Assembly (NCBI GenBank): GCA_001643675.2
Contig: LSRY02000050.1
Coordinates: 124,001-188,000, forward strand
Direction of reading: 5' to 3'
From: Monocercomonoides exilis PA203
Lineage: Eukaryota; Protista; Preaxostyla
DNA: 64,000 bases
The notes below the pieces were generated by a model. It was not told the DNA's origin. It saw nothing but the letters and a program-made list of their open reading frames with translations, and made no database searches. A program made the translations under genes and the position numbers. Positions 1 to 14,100 of this stretch are shown in pieces. Numbering within the stretch: the stretch's first letter is position 1; the number at the start of each line of letters is the position of its first letter.

Positions 1-1560
1 TGGCTCAGAAACTAAATGAGTGCGAAAGGGAATCAAGTCGACTTTGGAAATGTTTGAGGCATTCTCCACAAAAAGATGGTTGCGGACAAAGGGATGGGGA
101 GAAGAAGAAGAAGTTGAAGGAAGAAGAAGAGGAAGAGGAGAAGGAGAAAGAGGCGGAAGAGATAAAGAAAGAGAACTTAAAGATGATGTTAAAGAAGAAG
201 AAGAAGAAGATGATGATGATGAGGGAGATGAGTACTGAGAAGATAAAAGAGGAGGATTCGTCGTTGGAGAAGAAGACGAGGGAGAAGGATAAGAAGAAGA
301 ATAAGAATAAGAAGAAGGAGAAGGATAAGAAGGATAAGAAGAAGAAAGAGTATGAATCGAATTTTCGACTGCTAATTCCACATGATTTCCATCTTTTTTA
401 TCTGACTTCTCTTACTCTTCAATCAACATCACTAGAGCTGCATTCAGCCTTTTCACATCATCTCGTGTCACATCCGCAATATCACCCACATAATCCAATT
501 CTTTTTCTTCTTCCTCTTCCTCCTCCTCCTCTTTTCTCACTTCTTTCTTTTCCTCCTTCTCTTTCTTCTTTTCTTTCTCATCTTCCAATGAAGAATTTGA
601 TAAGCTGTCTTTTTTATTCAATCCATTTGCTTTGCCCGATGAAACCTGCTTAAAAGAAGAGCCAGAATGACACGATGAATGCGAATTGCAGGACGACAAA
701 GAAGAACGAGAAGAGATGCGTGTATGTTCAGATGAAGAAGAAGAGGAGGAGGAGAAAGAAGAGGGAAAAGAATAAGAAGAAGAGAATGAGGAAGAGGAAG
801 AAGAAGAGGAAGAAGAAGGGAATGAGGAAGAGGAAGAAAAAGAAGAGGATGAAGAGGAAGAAGAGGAAGAAGAGGAAGAAGAGGAAGAAGAGGAAGAAGA
901 GGAAGAAGAGGAAGAAGAGGTAGAAGAGGAAGAAGAGGAAGAGGAAGAAGGAGGAGGAGAAGAAGAAGAAAAAGATGATGATGAATAAGGGAGAAGCTGA
1001 GAAAAAATTAAAATCTTCATCTTTTGTTAATATTTCCCCTTCAGAAACTGATACGGATGATTCAGACACTCTATTCATGGCACAAAAAAAGTTGATCAAA
1101 ATTTTCAGACTGCGTTTCATTAGTGTCTTCTTTCTTTTAATAGTTTTTATTCTTCTGAAAAAGGAAAACATTCAAATCCTCTTCTTCCAATTGCAACAAT
1201 GCTTGCTCTCCCTTCATCAGTCATATCCATTTCATCTTCTGCTTTCATATCTCTATCTATTTTCATTTCTTTTCCCTCTTCTTCTAAACCTTATTCTTCT
1301 TCTTCTTTCTCTGTATCTGCAAAACTTCCAGCTCCAATCACTTCTATCTCTTCTTCTTTTTCCTCTTTTTCTGCTTCTTCTCCAACGTCTTTGTCGTATC
1401 CCTCTCTTCCTCAAGTTTCAAGTACTTCTTCTGCTTCTCCATCACATTTGAATGTGCAATCGACTTATCCTTCTCCTTCTTCTCCTTCTTATTCATCATC
1501 TTCTCCTTCTTCCTTCCCTTCATCCTCCTCTTCCTCTTCATAATCTTCTTTCTCATTTTC
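1..1560. repeat. Low-complexity purine/pyrimidine-skewed region, including (GAGGAAGAA)n at about 845-960; probably decayed Glu/Lys/Ser-rich coding sequence
   Basis: GAA/GAG and TCT/TCC runs give overlapping compositionally biased ORFs in several frames, with no recognisable domain. Confidence 0.6.
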
Positions 1561-2543
1561 TCTTTCTTTCTTTCTTTTTTCTAATTCGTCTTTTTCATCA
1601 TAATAAACTACCACACCATATTATTTTCTATCTTTTCACATTCATCATTTAACAGATTAACTTTCCAGTGGTTTCGAAAAAGCAAGATTTTCCAAAATGA
1701 AATATTCTGAAAAATGAAAGACAACTCATTTGAATTGGTTTGCTGTTTCATGAACCTTTATGAGTAAAAGTTTTTCTAATAGAAGTGAAGCTTGTTCTTT
1801 TTTGAATGATTTGGAAAAAAAGAACTGTTCTCAACAAAAAAAGAAGCAACAGAAAAAATATGATGTGAAAACGAAAGCTGAGAATAAAAACAAGGATTGG
1901 ACTGAGTGAGAAAAGAAGATTAGTTGAAATATTGGGGAATAGGAAGTTAATTAAAGAAAGAGAATTGGAAATCGTTGTTCATTTGTTTCAATTGGCTTTA
2001 TAAAAGAAAATATATAATGTTGTTATAAAGCTCAAAAAGAAAGATGCTGATCAAATGAAATATGATTATTAAAAAGAAAACCTTGGAAATTAAACTTGAA
2101 AAACGATCAATTTTCTGAATATTTAACTTCGATCCATGAAGATGAAATCCACAAGGAAGCAAAGAACGCAGCAATTTTATGATTTCTAAAGATAAAAATG
2201 AAAAATAACAAATGTTTGATTCTTGTGAGTTAATATGTTGCAAACTATTTCAACTCTTGTTGCATTTTCTTTTTATATGCATTGGCTGAGAATAAGAAAT
2301 GAGTATCTCACAGAGTTTTCCTAAGAATTGATATTGAACCTCATTGAAAAAAGCCATGGATGAGAAACTTATTCATTCTCGGCAAGAAAACAGCTTCAGG
2401 GTTTCATTTCAGTATCGAGGCATTGATAGTGAACAATCCTTTTGTAATTTTCTTTGAAACGACATTTCATTATTGAAAAAACAAAAGGATGAAATAAAGA
2501 TATTTAAATGATGTTTAATTGAAAATTAATGTGACAGACGCAT

Positions 2544-5197
2544 TTATCTTTGGTTAATTAATAAAAGTGAATTCAGTGTCTCCAACTGAAGGGAATGTCT
2601 TCTGTCACCTGTAATTCTTCGAATTCGGGAAATAACACGTTCGCACGATGCTTCGCTGCATGGACATGAAATAAGGGACATGCTTATGTTGGCAAATATT
2701 GTAAAGAATAACCCTTTTGAACCTATTATAGAAAAAAACGAATGAGGATTTCGATCCATGTTGCAACATTCAATCGGAAAAAGGAACTCTCCGTACAGTC
2801 TTTACAATTAACCTTTATATCTTCCTTGAAGTCCTCCAATGATTGATCAACGTATTTATCGAAAGCTTGAATCAATCTTAAATCCCAAGATGTTAAATTG
2901 GAATTTTTGGTTTTCAAAATTTCGTTGTTTTTTGAAGCGTTGTCAGTTGCTTTTTGAGTAATTTTTCCGTTTGATCCCACTATTATCACATCAGCTTCAT
3001 CCTCATCTTCAATATTGCTGTTTTCATTTGTTTCTTCTTCATCCATTTGCGTCAATGTATTTGAAGCATCATTTCTCCCTGACAAATGCGAACGCAAAGA
3101 AAACGCGTCAGTGCTTTTGTCTTCCCTCTTGCTTTCATGAGATGAATTATACGAAAATTCATCATCTTCAGCCTCTAATTCTGCCTCAGTTAATCCAAAG
3201 ATATCCTCAAAAATTGTTTCCTATTTTGATTGCTTTTCTTCATTATACTTTTCTGTATTTTCAATCTCTACTGATTCCAGAACATCCAATAATGAAAGAA
3301 ACGATGAAATGTCACTGTATTTCGGAAAATTCGAAATACTACTATCTGTTCTTGCTATTGCGTCACTCGGGCATTCTGTTGAAACATCGTGACAGACAAA
3401 ACTTGATTGTGCAGGCTTCGTTGCTGCAAAGATCGCTTTTTCAAAAGACATTAATGAAAGCGGTGAATGAATGCTTTTGAATGAACATGAACTTTCATCT
3501 AAATTATCAGAAATAAAACAGGATGCTTTTTCCTCAACACTTATTTCGTCAATTGTTTGACCTAACAATTTCATTGCACTGTTTGCTGTTGTCGAGGAAG
3601 ATGAGGAAGCATTGCATGAGAAATCATCTTCATTGATTGGAAAAGATGTTCTTTTTGAATTTCTTGCACAAAATGATGAACATGAATTTGATTCACAGAA
3701 TGAATTTGTCAAATCTGATTCTTCGTTAACAGAAAAGGAATAATCTGTGCGTGAACGTGCTTTGTTTAATGAGCGATGAAGTAAATTTCCAATTTCCGTA
3801 TTGAAGAAGCTTGTGAATTGTTCGTTCCAAAATTGATTCAAACCAAATGGAGTTAACGAAAAAGCAAGAGCAATTATATCTCCTCTTTGACAAGTCAAAA
3901 AAGTGTTGTAAAAATCTATGTACAAATCTGTAGTGCATTTAGACCAAGATGGGATAATAAAATAACGGTTTTGAGAAATTGTGCAATATCTTCCACAAGT
4001 TTTCAATAATTCTGGAAAAACGTATCTCAATTTTGATGAATCTTTTTCTAAAAACAAATGCAACACATATAGGGGAAAAAGCAATATCTCAAATTTCAAC
4101 ACTTCCAAAATAAAACATTCTGTCAGAAGTTCTTCTTTTATTGCTATTTCTTTTTTCATCCTGAAATATTTGCACATCTGATAAATGCATGACCATCTTG
4201 TAGAAACAAATGTGGGACACTTACTCAAAAAAACATTTTTGTATTTTGAAAAATGAGTTTTTTTGGAAAACTCAATTATTTGCTGTAAAATATTCGATAA
4301 AAAATCGTTTCCGTTGATGATTCTTGAAAGAATTCGATTTCACAAATGGTTCATGCAATAGACAAAAATTGGACAGAATGAATTATGTTTTTTTTCTCAA
4401 ATGTCTGTAGACTCCACCGTATTTATTTGTTCAAGTGCAAGTTTCTGAGGCTTAAGACCATCACTGCAAAAGCAACGAACTTCAGAATTCAGATTTCTCA
4501 TTTCACACATCACAGACAATGATAGTTTTTCAAAATCGCTTTTTGTGTAACATGATGGATACAATTTCCAGAATAATGGTTTTGCATTCATTAACAAAGG
4601 GACAATATTTACTACAGTAAATTTTTGCCCAGCAACAACACCTCCATCCATCACAACAGCAACTGCTGTGTTTGAAACATATTTTGACACTAAGATTTCA
4701 TTCATTTTCTTTTCTTGAGACAATAAAGTTGAAACCTTTCTTGGTGTTATTTAAGGGAATATTAGTATTGAAGGAATTGTTGGATTTTGCTGAGAAACTT
4801 TGACAAGACCAGAAATGAACTCATTGAACTCTGTTGATGAAGCTGAAAGAAATGAAACATTACACTGGCTGATAAATCGAATGAACAAAGGTTGCATTTG
4901 CTTAAAAGGATTTAATTGACTTTTCATATTCTCCTTTTTTTGATTTGATTTTTCGACTTCATTTGATTTTGGTTTCATATAAAATTCCACACTTTGATTC
5001 GACAATAAATAACACTTGTGATTCTCAATTGAGTAATTGCCTCTTCTTCCTGAAAAACCGCACGCAATTCCTTTTTTTGAATTGGGGCACAAGAAATAAC
5101 GATGTCCATCCTTTTTTTGATTCCCGTCCGGCAAAACAGGTATGAAAGATATCCATAACACATTTTTGTAAATTTCTAATGATATTTTCGTCATCAT
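2544..5197 (-). pseudogene. hAT-superfamily transposase, disrupted
   Basis: ORFs 5197-4751, 4723-4397, 4228-3221 and 3097-2726 share one frame, separated by in-frame stops (TAA 4751, TGA 4397, TGA ~4340, TAG 3221), with a frameshift near 2760-2790. Motifs in hAT order: Cys/His zinc-finger-like N-terminus (FLCPNSKKGIAC...HKC), VVMDG, CSDG, CMNHL (CxxH, read through the stop), STRW, and C-terminal SCPCSEASCERVIS...RHSL..ETLNSLL. Confidence 0.85.
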
Positions 5198-5816
5198 TTT
5201 TGTTAAATCTCTTGGATGCCTATAAACTTATAAAAATTGGAATATTGAAAAATTCATTCTTTTCTACGAAGATAACGCACTGTTTCCTTTGTCTGTTGCC
5301 TTGATCAATTCCAATGAAACAAATTCACAGTTTTTGCTCGACAAATCATCCAACTTTTTGATGAATGATGCTTGCTTAATCCAGTCAAAAAAGCAAAAAA
5401 TGATAAAACGTAAAAACAAAAGCGATAAACAACATACGATTGTTGGATTAGAAAGAGATAGCTTTAGCTCCTGAGGGAGATTCGTTATGCTATTTGGATC
5501 CATAATCTTTAAACCAAGTGACAGACTTTTCCAGAAAGTGACTTCCAGTGGATTTTGAAATTCCAAGTTTCGCTGATCTTGTCAGTAAACCATAATTCAC
5601 TCAATTCACAACATTTTTAAAATTATATTATTAATATTCAATTATCATTCAAAAAAGTGTTGTCATTCTTATGAAAATTATTCCAATATAATGAACATTA
5701 AAAGTGAATATTTTTTCTGAAAAAAAAAACCAAAAAATGAGATTTCAAAAAAAGGTTTTGATCATGAAATAATTGTCCTGTCGGTCACCTGTGTCAGTTA
5801 CTGGAGAAATTTGCCA

Positions 5817-5833
5817 CTTGTCGCACAGGTCTA
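5817..5833 (-). mobile_element. hAT terminal inverted repeat upstream of the decayed transposase
   Basis: Reverse complement reads TAGACCTGTGCGACAAG, two mismatches from TAGGCCTTTGCGACAAG (the right end of the element at 19992). No partner end was found in the window. Confidence 0.7.
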
Positions 5834-8224
5834 AAAACATTAATACATTTTTTGTCTCAATATTATCAATCAAAATTAAAAAAAAATATTTGTTTAACGA
5901 TGTCTTTGAAAAGAAAATTTAAACTGATTTAGAAGATGCAAACGTATTTGTTGAAAACAATTAATTTTCACAATTTTGGCAACTCATTTTTCAGCTATCC
6001 TTTCAAATAGTCTAATGTCCCTCAATGCATTGATTTCTGGTGTGTTGAAAAAAGAATCAGACATTTGTTTTCTTTTCAAATCCAATCAGCTTTTGAAGAA
6101 ATAACAATCTCCAATTACCGTTCCAACTTCTTCACTCCCACACCTTCCATATGGATTCACTGTTCAAACACTATTTATAAACTGGATTTGGAGATATCCT
6201 GCTTTCATTCATTCTCATTCATTTCCACCAACTACCCTGAAAACAAAATAAAAAACAGTCAACAGATAAATATTCATATAAAGAAAAATAAATATACACC
6301 AAACGGACCTTCGAATGTTTTTTTCCAAACACACTCATCTTCACAGCCATCATTATTCAAAAAAACACTCTTTTGCTTCAACCTCAATGTGGTAGAAAAC
6401 AACATTTCATCCCTCTCCACAAAATAATTAATACATCTCACTGGCGGGTCTTTTCAGCCCGTACACATTGTTGTGGATGTTCAGAGGTGTTTTTTCTGTT
6501 TTTGTCATGATCATCTCCTTTTATAATATTCTCAACCACCAAAAGAAGTATTTGATGTCTATCTCACCAACACTATGCATAGGAGGGATATGGGGCAGAG
6601 AAGAGATGGAAGAGGATTATTTGTAGCAAGGGGTGAAAGTTGAGAGTTTTATGAAATGTTAATATTTCAAGAATGATTTTTGAATGAAAGAAATTTTGAG
6701 ACAAAGGGACGGGGAAGAGCAGGTGGAGATTTGGAGAAGATAATGTTGTAAATATGTGGAGAAGTTGCTTGGGATGATGAAGGAAGGCTTATTGTTGATG
6801 GGAGAAATGGATTTTGAAAAGAAAGAAAAGAGGGTAAAAGCTTGAAAGAAGAAGGAAAATGAGAAATGTTAGATCAGAAGATGGGAAACTTTTATGAAAG
6901 GAGAAGATTATTTGGAAGAGACTGCGAAAGATGAAGAAAAGGAGGGAATTGAAATTTTCTGATAATTTTGGGGGTTGAATGGAAGAGGTAAAATCAAAAG
7001 GAATGGAATTTGAGAGATATTCTCATTTTCTATTTTTGAGGGGAAATGAGAGGAAATCGCAAAATTAAATTCAATTGACTTTGGAAAAATACATCAAGAG
7101 TGATTTCCACAATCTGTTCTTCACAAATATTGTGATTGAGTTTTTGTTAACCAATCTGAAATTTATACAGCGAGCGAGCCATTTTGGCCAATCAACAACT
7201 TCATTCAAATTATTCTCAACTTCTCGAATTTCGTACGTCTGATTCCGCATTTCTCAACTGCATCTTCTTCTTTGCCTTCTTTCACATTCATCTTTGTTGA
7301 TCCTCTTACTTCCTGCTGGGTCATAGAATCGAACCAATTGTAGATTATCTTGTCTTTCTTCTGCGGATTATGCAAGTTATTGGAATATGAGAGTCTGTTT
7401 CTATGACACTCACGAATCATTTTTTGGAGAGCTATTCGGGTCACAACATTCGTTTTCTGAGCCATCAATTGGCGCTATTGCGTTCGTGAAAAGATAAATT
7501 TTATTGTTGAATAGGTTAAAGGACATCCATTTTGAATGTTATTTTGTGTTTGCGTGTGCGCTTGCTGTTTGTACTGTTGTGTCCAGGTAAATTTGAAAGC
7601 CTGTGCTCCTTCGTTATGTTCTGAATTGGAAGGACACTCCAAACTATTTCTTGGGTCTTTCGACAATTACCTCATGGATAGAGAAAATTTGGAGTGGTTT
7701 GTGCTTTTGCCTTTTTGTTTAAAATGATATCTTTGTTGACTCGTTTGTTATTTCTGTTTCTATTTTCTGTATTTCTGCGGTGCTTGGAAAACAACATGCT
7801 TTTCACTTCATCAACACAGGCTTCAGTCATTTGTTGTGCGTGTCCTATCTGGCTTCTTCAGCCTTGCAGGTGCTCGGCGTGCTGTGTCATCAGCCTCTTT
7901 GCAACCGATCGGATCAGAGGAGCCAGCGATCCCCATTGCAGCGCGAGAGAGGAGGTTTATTGAGTCGCTGGGGAAGCAGCAGGAAACACACACAGCCAAC
8001 GATCCCCGCTTTCCAGCACAAATTCCTGCTGAGTTAACACTCCCTTATGCAGCATGCTCTCCTCCCTTGCCATCCGCACAGCCTCGCTCTGATTGCATGG
8101 GTAGCTCTTTGGCTGGGCAAGACAAGACAGACATTTCTCTTTCAGCGGCCAGAGATTGAATATCTGGCTCTATTCAGATCCCGCAGATTCCTCTGTCTTC
8201 AAACAGATCGTCCTGTTCCTCTTC

Positions 8225-8460
8225 CTCACCTTCTTCTTCTTCTTCTTCCTCTTCCTCTTCTTTTTCTTTTTCTTTTTCTTTTTCTTTTTCTTTTTCTTCA
8301 TCTTCCTCTTCTTCTTCTTCCTCTTCCGCTTCTTCTTCTTCTTCTTCTTCTTCTTCTTCTTCTTCTTCTTCTTCTTCTTCTTCTTCAATTTCTTCTTCCT
8401 CTTCTTCTTTTTCTTCTTCTTCACCTTCTTTTCCTCTTCCTCCTCCTCCTCCTTCTCCTC
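8225..8460. repeat. (TTC)n microsatellite / pyrimidine tract
   Basis: Pure TTC run at about 8325-8387 inside a longer TTC/CTT-rich tract. Confidence 0.9.
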
Positions 8461-9099
8461 CCCAACCCTTCCATTCATCAAGCACAGCTTAGGGCGTTCG
8501 TTCAAAGTGAAGCTGCAGAATGTGATTGATCTATATACCAGTGTTGTTTGAAGCGCTTTACTGTCGATGGATGTTCCACCTTCGCTGCGCTGTGCGTTTT
8601 CTGTTGAACAGTTAATGGTCTGCGTCTTCGACGACATCCGCAGGCCGAGGGGACTAAACGCAATGACCCACATAGCGAACCAGAATTGAATGGAAATTTT
8701 GAAATTTTCTGTAAAAATAAAATATATTTCATTAATTGTTTCATTTATTTTTGTTAATCTTTATTTTGCTTTTCAAATATTTTTCTTTATTTAAATTTTT
8801 TTGTTCACTCTCAAATGATGAATAGTTACGATGGTGGAATAATATCTATGATTTAACAATTGTCTTGCAAAGCAATAAAGATTATTTGCTGAATGGTGCT
8901 GTTGCAAAGCAATTGATCAGATTCATGAGGTTTGTCAGAAAATATTTATTGAGATTTTGTTCACAAGTTTTTCTTTCTTTCTTCTTTTTGATCAAATTCT
9001 TTTTCTTTCTTCCTTTTTACACCCACTTTTTCGCTCGTTCGTTTCATTATTCACAAATACACAAATATATTCACATCCAGTTTCCACTGGTACCCCCTT

Positions 9100-10700
9100 G
9101 TCTCTTCTTCTCTTCGTGTAACCAACAAGTTCATCACCAACGGTGCTGTGTTCCACTCTGTGTTCCTGCGCAAAGGCATTCTCCAGCCCATCCACCTCCT
9201 GCTGCACTAGCGTTTCGCTGAAAACAACGACAAGGCCTCTTCTATTCTTCTCTCGCTGATCAGCAAGTCGTTCAAGCTGTTTGCCAGCTCGCTTGACAAG
9301 GCGCTGTTTAATGAGCTGGTCGAGCTGATGTACTCACCACAGGCAATTGTGCGGAACAACGCGTCGGAAATCGTCGAGGAGCTTGCTGAAGGATGAGGGC
9401 TGGATGAAAAAGGAGAAGGAGAAGAAAAACGAGAAAGATAATGAAGCGAACAACGAACCAACAGTTACGAAGGAGGAGCTGCTGCACCGTTTCCTGAGTC
9501 AGATCTTTGTGCCGAATCTTGTTGGAGAACTGGCTTCACCAACGGAGACTGACATGGCGAAAATAATAACTGCTGGTACTTTGCTTAATCTGTATGCACC
9601 TGTTGGGAAAAAGAGGAACAGGAGAAGATACGGAGGAAAATGATGATGATGAGGATGAAGAAAAGGAGAGTGTAACGAAAGAGATGAAAAAGAAAAAGAA
9701 GAAGATTGGTGTTCATGTCCGTCCTATCCTCGCACACAAGGTCATTCGCCCACTTTGGCTCGACTGCGTTCTTTCCTGTACTCACCTTTGCTGTTAATTT
9801 CATTGATTGCCTCATTACTAATTCCATGCTACGCCGATCCCACCATTACATGCTCCACCCACAGCCTGAAAAATATATGCATCTCCACGCTCCTACAAAA
9901 GGCAGAGCAAAACAACCACAGTGTAACATGGTCCAATGAGAAGAGAAGAACTGCCATATCTGAGTCACTGAGCGCGCTCCTCAACAACAAGAATGATTTT
10001 CTTCTTTCAGAATCGAATTTGAAAGAGGGTTATATCAATCCCTCAACCGCTTGCTCCTTCTCCTTCATTCACTTCCTCTTCTTCTTCTCCCAAGCTGCAA
10101 CTTATTCCACAACCTTAACTCATGTTCATATACAGCGCTCACAGAACAGCAAATTGAACAGAACTTGTCAAAAAAAAGGAGGAGTCGATGAAGCTCAACC
10201 CAATCAATTCTGTAAGCGAACATGGGTGAGAGCAGTAGAAAGGGAAGGGAAAAGATAAAGTGTTCAGAACGTGTCAAACTTCATAAGAGAGGGAAGAACT
10301 TTGCATGCCATTGTTTAATTGCTGCTGATGCTGAGAGCAGAAGAGAGAAAAGGGGACAGATTTAAAGAAGAGCTGAAGAAAAACAGTTTTGTCCCTCTAA
10401 ATGTGTAACTCGTGGAGAAAAGATATTGCTGCAATTGGGAGAGATGAGAGCGATGATGAAGAGAGAGTCAAATGAAGGGGAAGCTGGAACGAAAGAAAAG
10501 GATGATCAAGAGAAAGAGGAAGAAGATGATGAAAAGGGGGAATAAATTGCATTTACGAAAAAAGAATGAGGGTTGTGTCATATTCAATGTTGATTTCGAC
10601 ACATGAGCAACAAGAGCAGGAACTTTGGAAAAGAATGCAGTTAATGAAATGAGATTTTTAAAAATGTCGAGCATAAATGACAGAAAACGATGTAGTGAAT
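9100..10700 (+). pseudogene. Decayed coding region of unknown, possibly helical-repeat, product
   Basis: Higher GC and protein-like translation (e.g. ALFNELVELMYSPQAIVRNNASEIVEELAE) broken by stops and frameshifts. No family recognised and boundaries approximate. Confidence 0.35.
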
Positions 10701-11124
10701 CGAGAAAAAAATAAAAATTGTATTTTTAATGAAGAATAAAAAGATAAGTGAAGGAGTTGAGTCAATGATTTTTTTTTTAATTGCAGTTTCCTGAATCACA
10801 CAATTTTCGTTTGCCGAATCTGTTGAGTTGTTCAGCGGATACTGGAATATTTTGATGAGGTTTCAGCTGGATTAGTGAAAAGTGCATTTTTTTTTCCGCG
10901 GAAAAATAAAAATTCACTAATTTGTTGCATTTTTTTAAGTTCTTTGAATATTTTTACCCTTTTATTGGCTTTGTTTAACATGTTAAGTATCTTTTTTTTC
11001 AATGTGTTTTGTTGGTTAAACTTTATTAATTTTTAGGTTCATTTTTACAAAACTTGACCTGAAAAATTCTTTTCCACAAAAACATCAAAAAGCTTTTTTT
11101 TTATGTATATATAAATAAAACAAA

Positions 11125-14100
11125 TAGGCCTTTGCGACAGACCGACTTTTTTTTAACTGCTCGACAAGTCGACCGACAAGAGAGTCACAAAACTTTTTAT
11201 TAAAATAATTTAAAAATATTTATTTTTATATAACTCATTCTTTTACATGAATTTTTCTTGTTTTTGTTCAAAAAAATATTTTTTATTGCATTTGATGACA
11301 TACAACATTATTTTGAATTTTTTCTAATGAATAATCACAAAAAATGCATTTTTTAATGGGTTATCGACAGATCTTTGTTGAGGTCAGTCTGTAGAAAGAT
11401 CAGTCAGTCGAAAGATCAGCCGGTCGAGATCAACCTGTGGAATGTATAAACGATTTGTTTTATTTTATTGTATTTAATCAATAAATGAAATTGTTTTTTG
11501 TTTCGATTATTCAAAGAATAATATTCTGATTAAAAAAATGAAATAAAACAATAGAAGTTGATTGATTAATTTTTGTTGAATTTTCAAATCATTTGTGCAC
11601 AAATCCGTAGCTCGTTAGAAATTTATTTTGCATTCATCTCACAAAGTTCATTTCTTTACTGTTCAGTGAAACAAGAAAGAAGCATTCCAGATTTTGTTTT
11701 TATATTTGTGAGCAAACACTATTCTTGAGCAAATAACAGGAGAATGAATGCGAAACGTTTGAAAAAGATTTTTGTTCTGACTTTTTAATAAGATGAATAG
11801 ATAAAGAAGCAAAGTCGAATTTTCTATCCTAAAGACGAAGAATGGCTATTATCTGTGGAAATTTGAGCATTAAAATATTTGTTGAAAGAGGAAAAATTAC
11901 TCACAATATGAAAAATAAAGGGATGAGCGACACTCATGAACAACAAAGCTTTTAATGCAATTTTCGGAAATTTCAAATCGAGAATGAAGCTGTTAAGGAT
12001 TTTGAAAAAGAAATAGGAGCAAACGTTGTCAAATGAAGAAGAAGAAAAATGAACAATCTTCATGGTATTTGTTTTATTTTTTCACTTTTTCTCCTCCAAT
12101 TTTTCTTCTTCAAGAAGCACAACATTTCTTCATACTTCAACAAGCAAACAAAATCAACTGCAATCGTTGATCACTCTAAAATATCCTCTTCTCTTCCAGC
12201 TGACAATTATTGCACTTCTTCTTCTTCATCTTTTATTTAATCTGCACATGAGTTTGAAGGGAAGAAAAGAGAGAAAAGACTGAAGTGAAAGTGAGGGAAA
12301 ATAAGGTGATGAAGGAAATGCATTATCAGCCAAAAAGCAATGATAGTGAAAGTGGAAAGAAACCATATAAACATCAAACACAAAGCAAATACAAGGAAAT
12401 ATCTATGTTGGTACGAAAAATATTTATTTTTCTTTTTTGGTTGTTCTATTCTATTTTTCATAATATTCTATCTATGTATCTTCTATTTATTCTATTTGAC
12501 GTATTTTTCGAAATATGCTACTGTTAATTTCTTAGTATTTCCCACAGATTCATATTAGATTCTGCCCATGGCGCCTATAAAAGTTGAGTACAATCTCCTC
12601 CTCCGAAGATTCTCAATCCGAAAAATAAAAGTTTGAATATTTCTGCTTCTTCTTCCACAAAGTTGCTTTTTGTCAGTGAATTCATTCCATAACTGTCGCT
12701 CAAAGAATATGAACCAAACGCAAAGAAAATAACAAGTTTTTCAAATTCTGTTTGTCGGTTTCCATCCCGTTTACACAATATAAATCGAATTTCTCATTTT
12801 CAGTTCTAATTCCATCCACTACACTCTTCATCAAGAAAGACAAACCACCTCCTCCTGATCCTCTACCATTAGAAAAACACTTCTCCATTCCCATGTTATT
12901 ACATGATCCACAATATTCATCACACCTCTTCATAAAGTTCAATGCGGAAGCACTCGTATCAACGAGCCAAAAGACGGACTTTGCAACGAGTTCACATTCA
13001 CTTTTATATCTTTCTCTAGGAAATTTTCGAGCGTTCTGACATTGAGAATCATTCAGGAAGTAAAGAGCAGACTCAACAGCCTGTTCAGCCATCCCAAGCA
13101 ACAAAAATGATACAGTCGTTGAATGAAATCAGTTATTCTCCATTGGTATAAGATGAATTGCTGTCTTTTCATCCGGCTGAGAGGCGAAGAAGGGTTTTCT
13201 TCTCCTTAAAAATGTTATCACTGCATCTCTGTTATTCACCGCCTGGCTATGTGGATTCAGAAGTGGAGGGGAAGAAGAGGAAGAAGAGGGAGATCCAGAG
13301 AGAGAAGAGAGAGAGAGATACAGAGAGGAAAAAAAGGAAGGAGATGGGGATTGCTGGGTGAGTACAGAATGAAGAGGGATAAGAAAAGGAAATGGAGGAT
13401 AAATTATTTTTGTTTGAGAAAGCTTTCCTGCTGACTTTTCGCATGAGAATGCATTAGAGCAATCCGTTTTCTATCTCTGTTTCTATGTCGCTTCCGTTCC
13501 TGTTTTCGTTTCATTAACTGGTTTTATTCTTTTACGAATCTTCATCAACATCACAATCACTGTAATTTTATCATTCGAGTATTCATCTGTATTCTTCGCG
13601 ATCAACAAATTATCCATCGTCCAAAGGTTCCCTTTAGCTGACGCAGAGTTTAATGCAACACGGCCAAGAAGCAGCAGCTTGAAATTTACATGAGATGGCA
13701 TAGGGAACGAATGATATTGTTTGTGAGATATTTATTCAATCTGCTATTTCTTTATGTTTCTCCACTCGAATAAAAGGAGGATATAATCAGCCCAGCACTT
13801 TTAAAAATTTTCTTGAATGTTTCATATTGATGACCTTTCAAACTAACAAATGAAGGAGATAAATTAATGGAATTGGGCTGACTTTGCAGAAATGAGAAAC
13901 ACAAATAATGAAATAACCTGCATTGCTTTGTAACTTGCATTCGTTTCTTTAATAAACACTTCATTTATTATCATTCAACATTTTTTCATCAAACTTACTC
14001 TGAATATCTTTCACCGAAAAATACGAGGTCTGACCATCTCGTAAAACTGAAAATTGTGACAATCCCACTTCACGACACATCTCATCATCAAACTTTGGTG

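Noticed and set aside
54-1543. Long poly-Lys/Arg, poly-Ser and poly-Phe ORFs as real proteins
   Set aside because: These are by-products of GAA/TTC low-complexity sequence that lacks stops in several frames. The true frame cannot be determined.
11340-11445. Short repeated GATCAGTC/GTCGA units as a CRISPR-like array (also 16365-16455)
   Set aside because: Spacing is irregular, there are no spacers and the context is eukaryotic. Better explained as hAT subterminal transposase-binding motifs.
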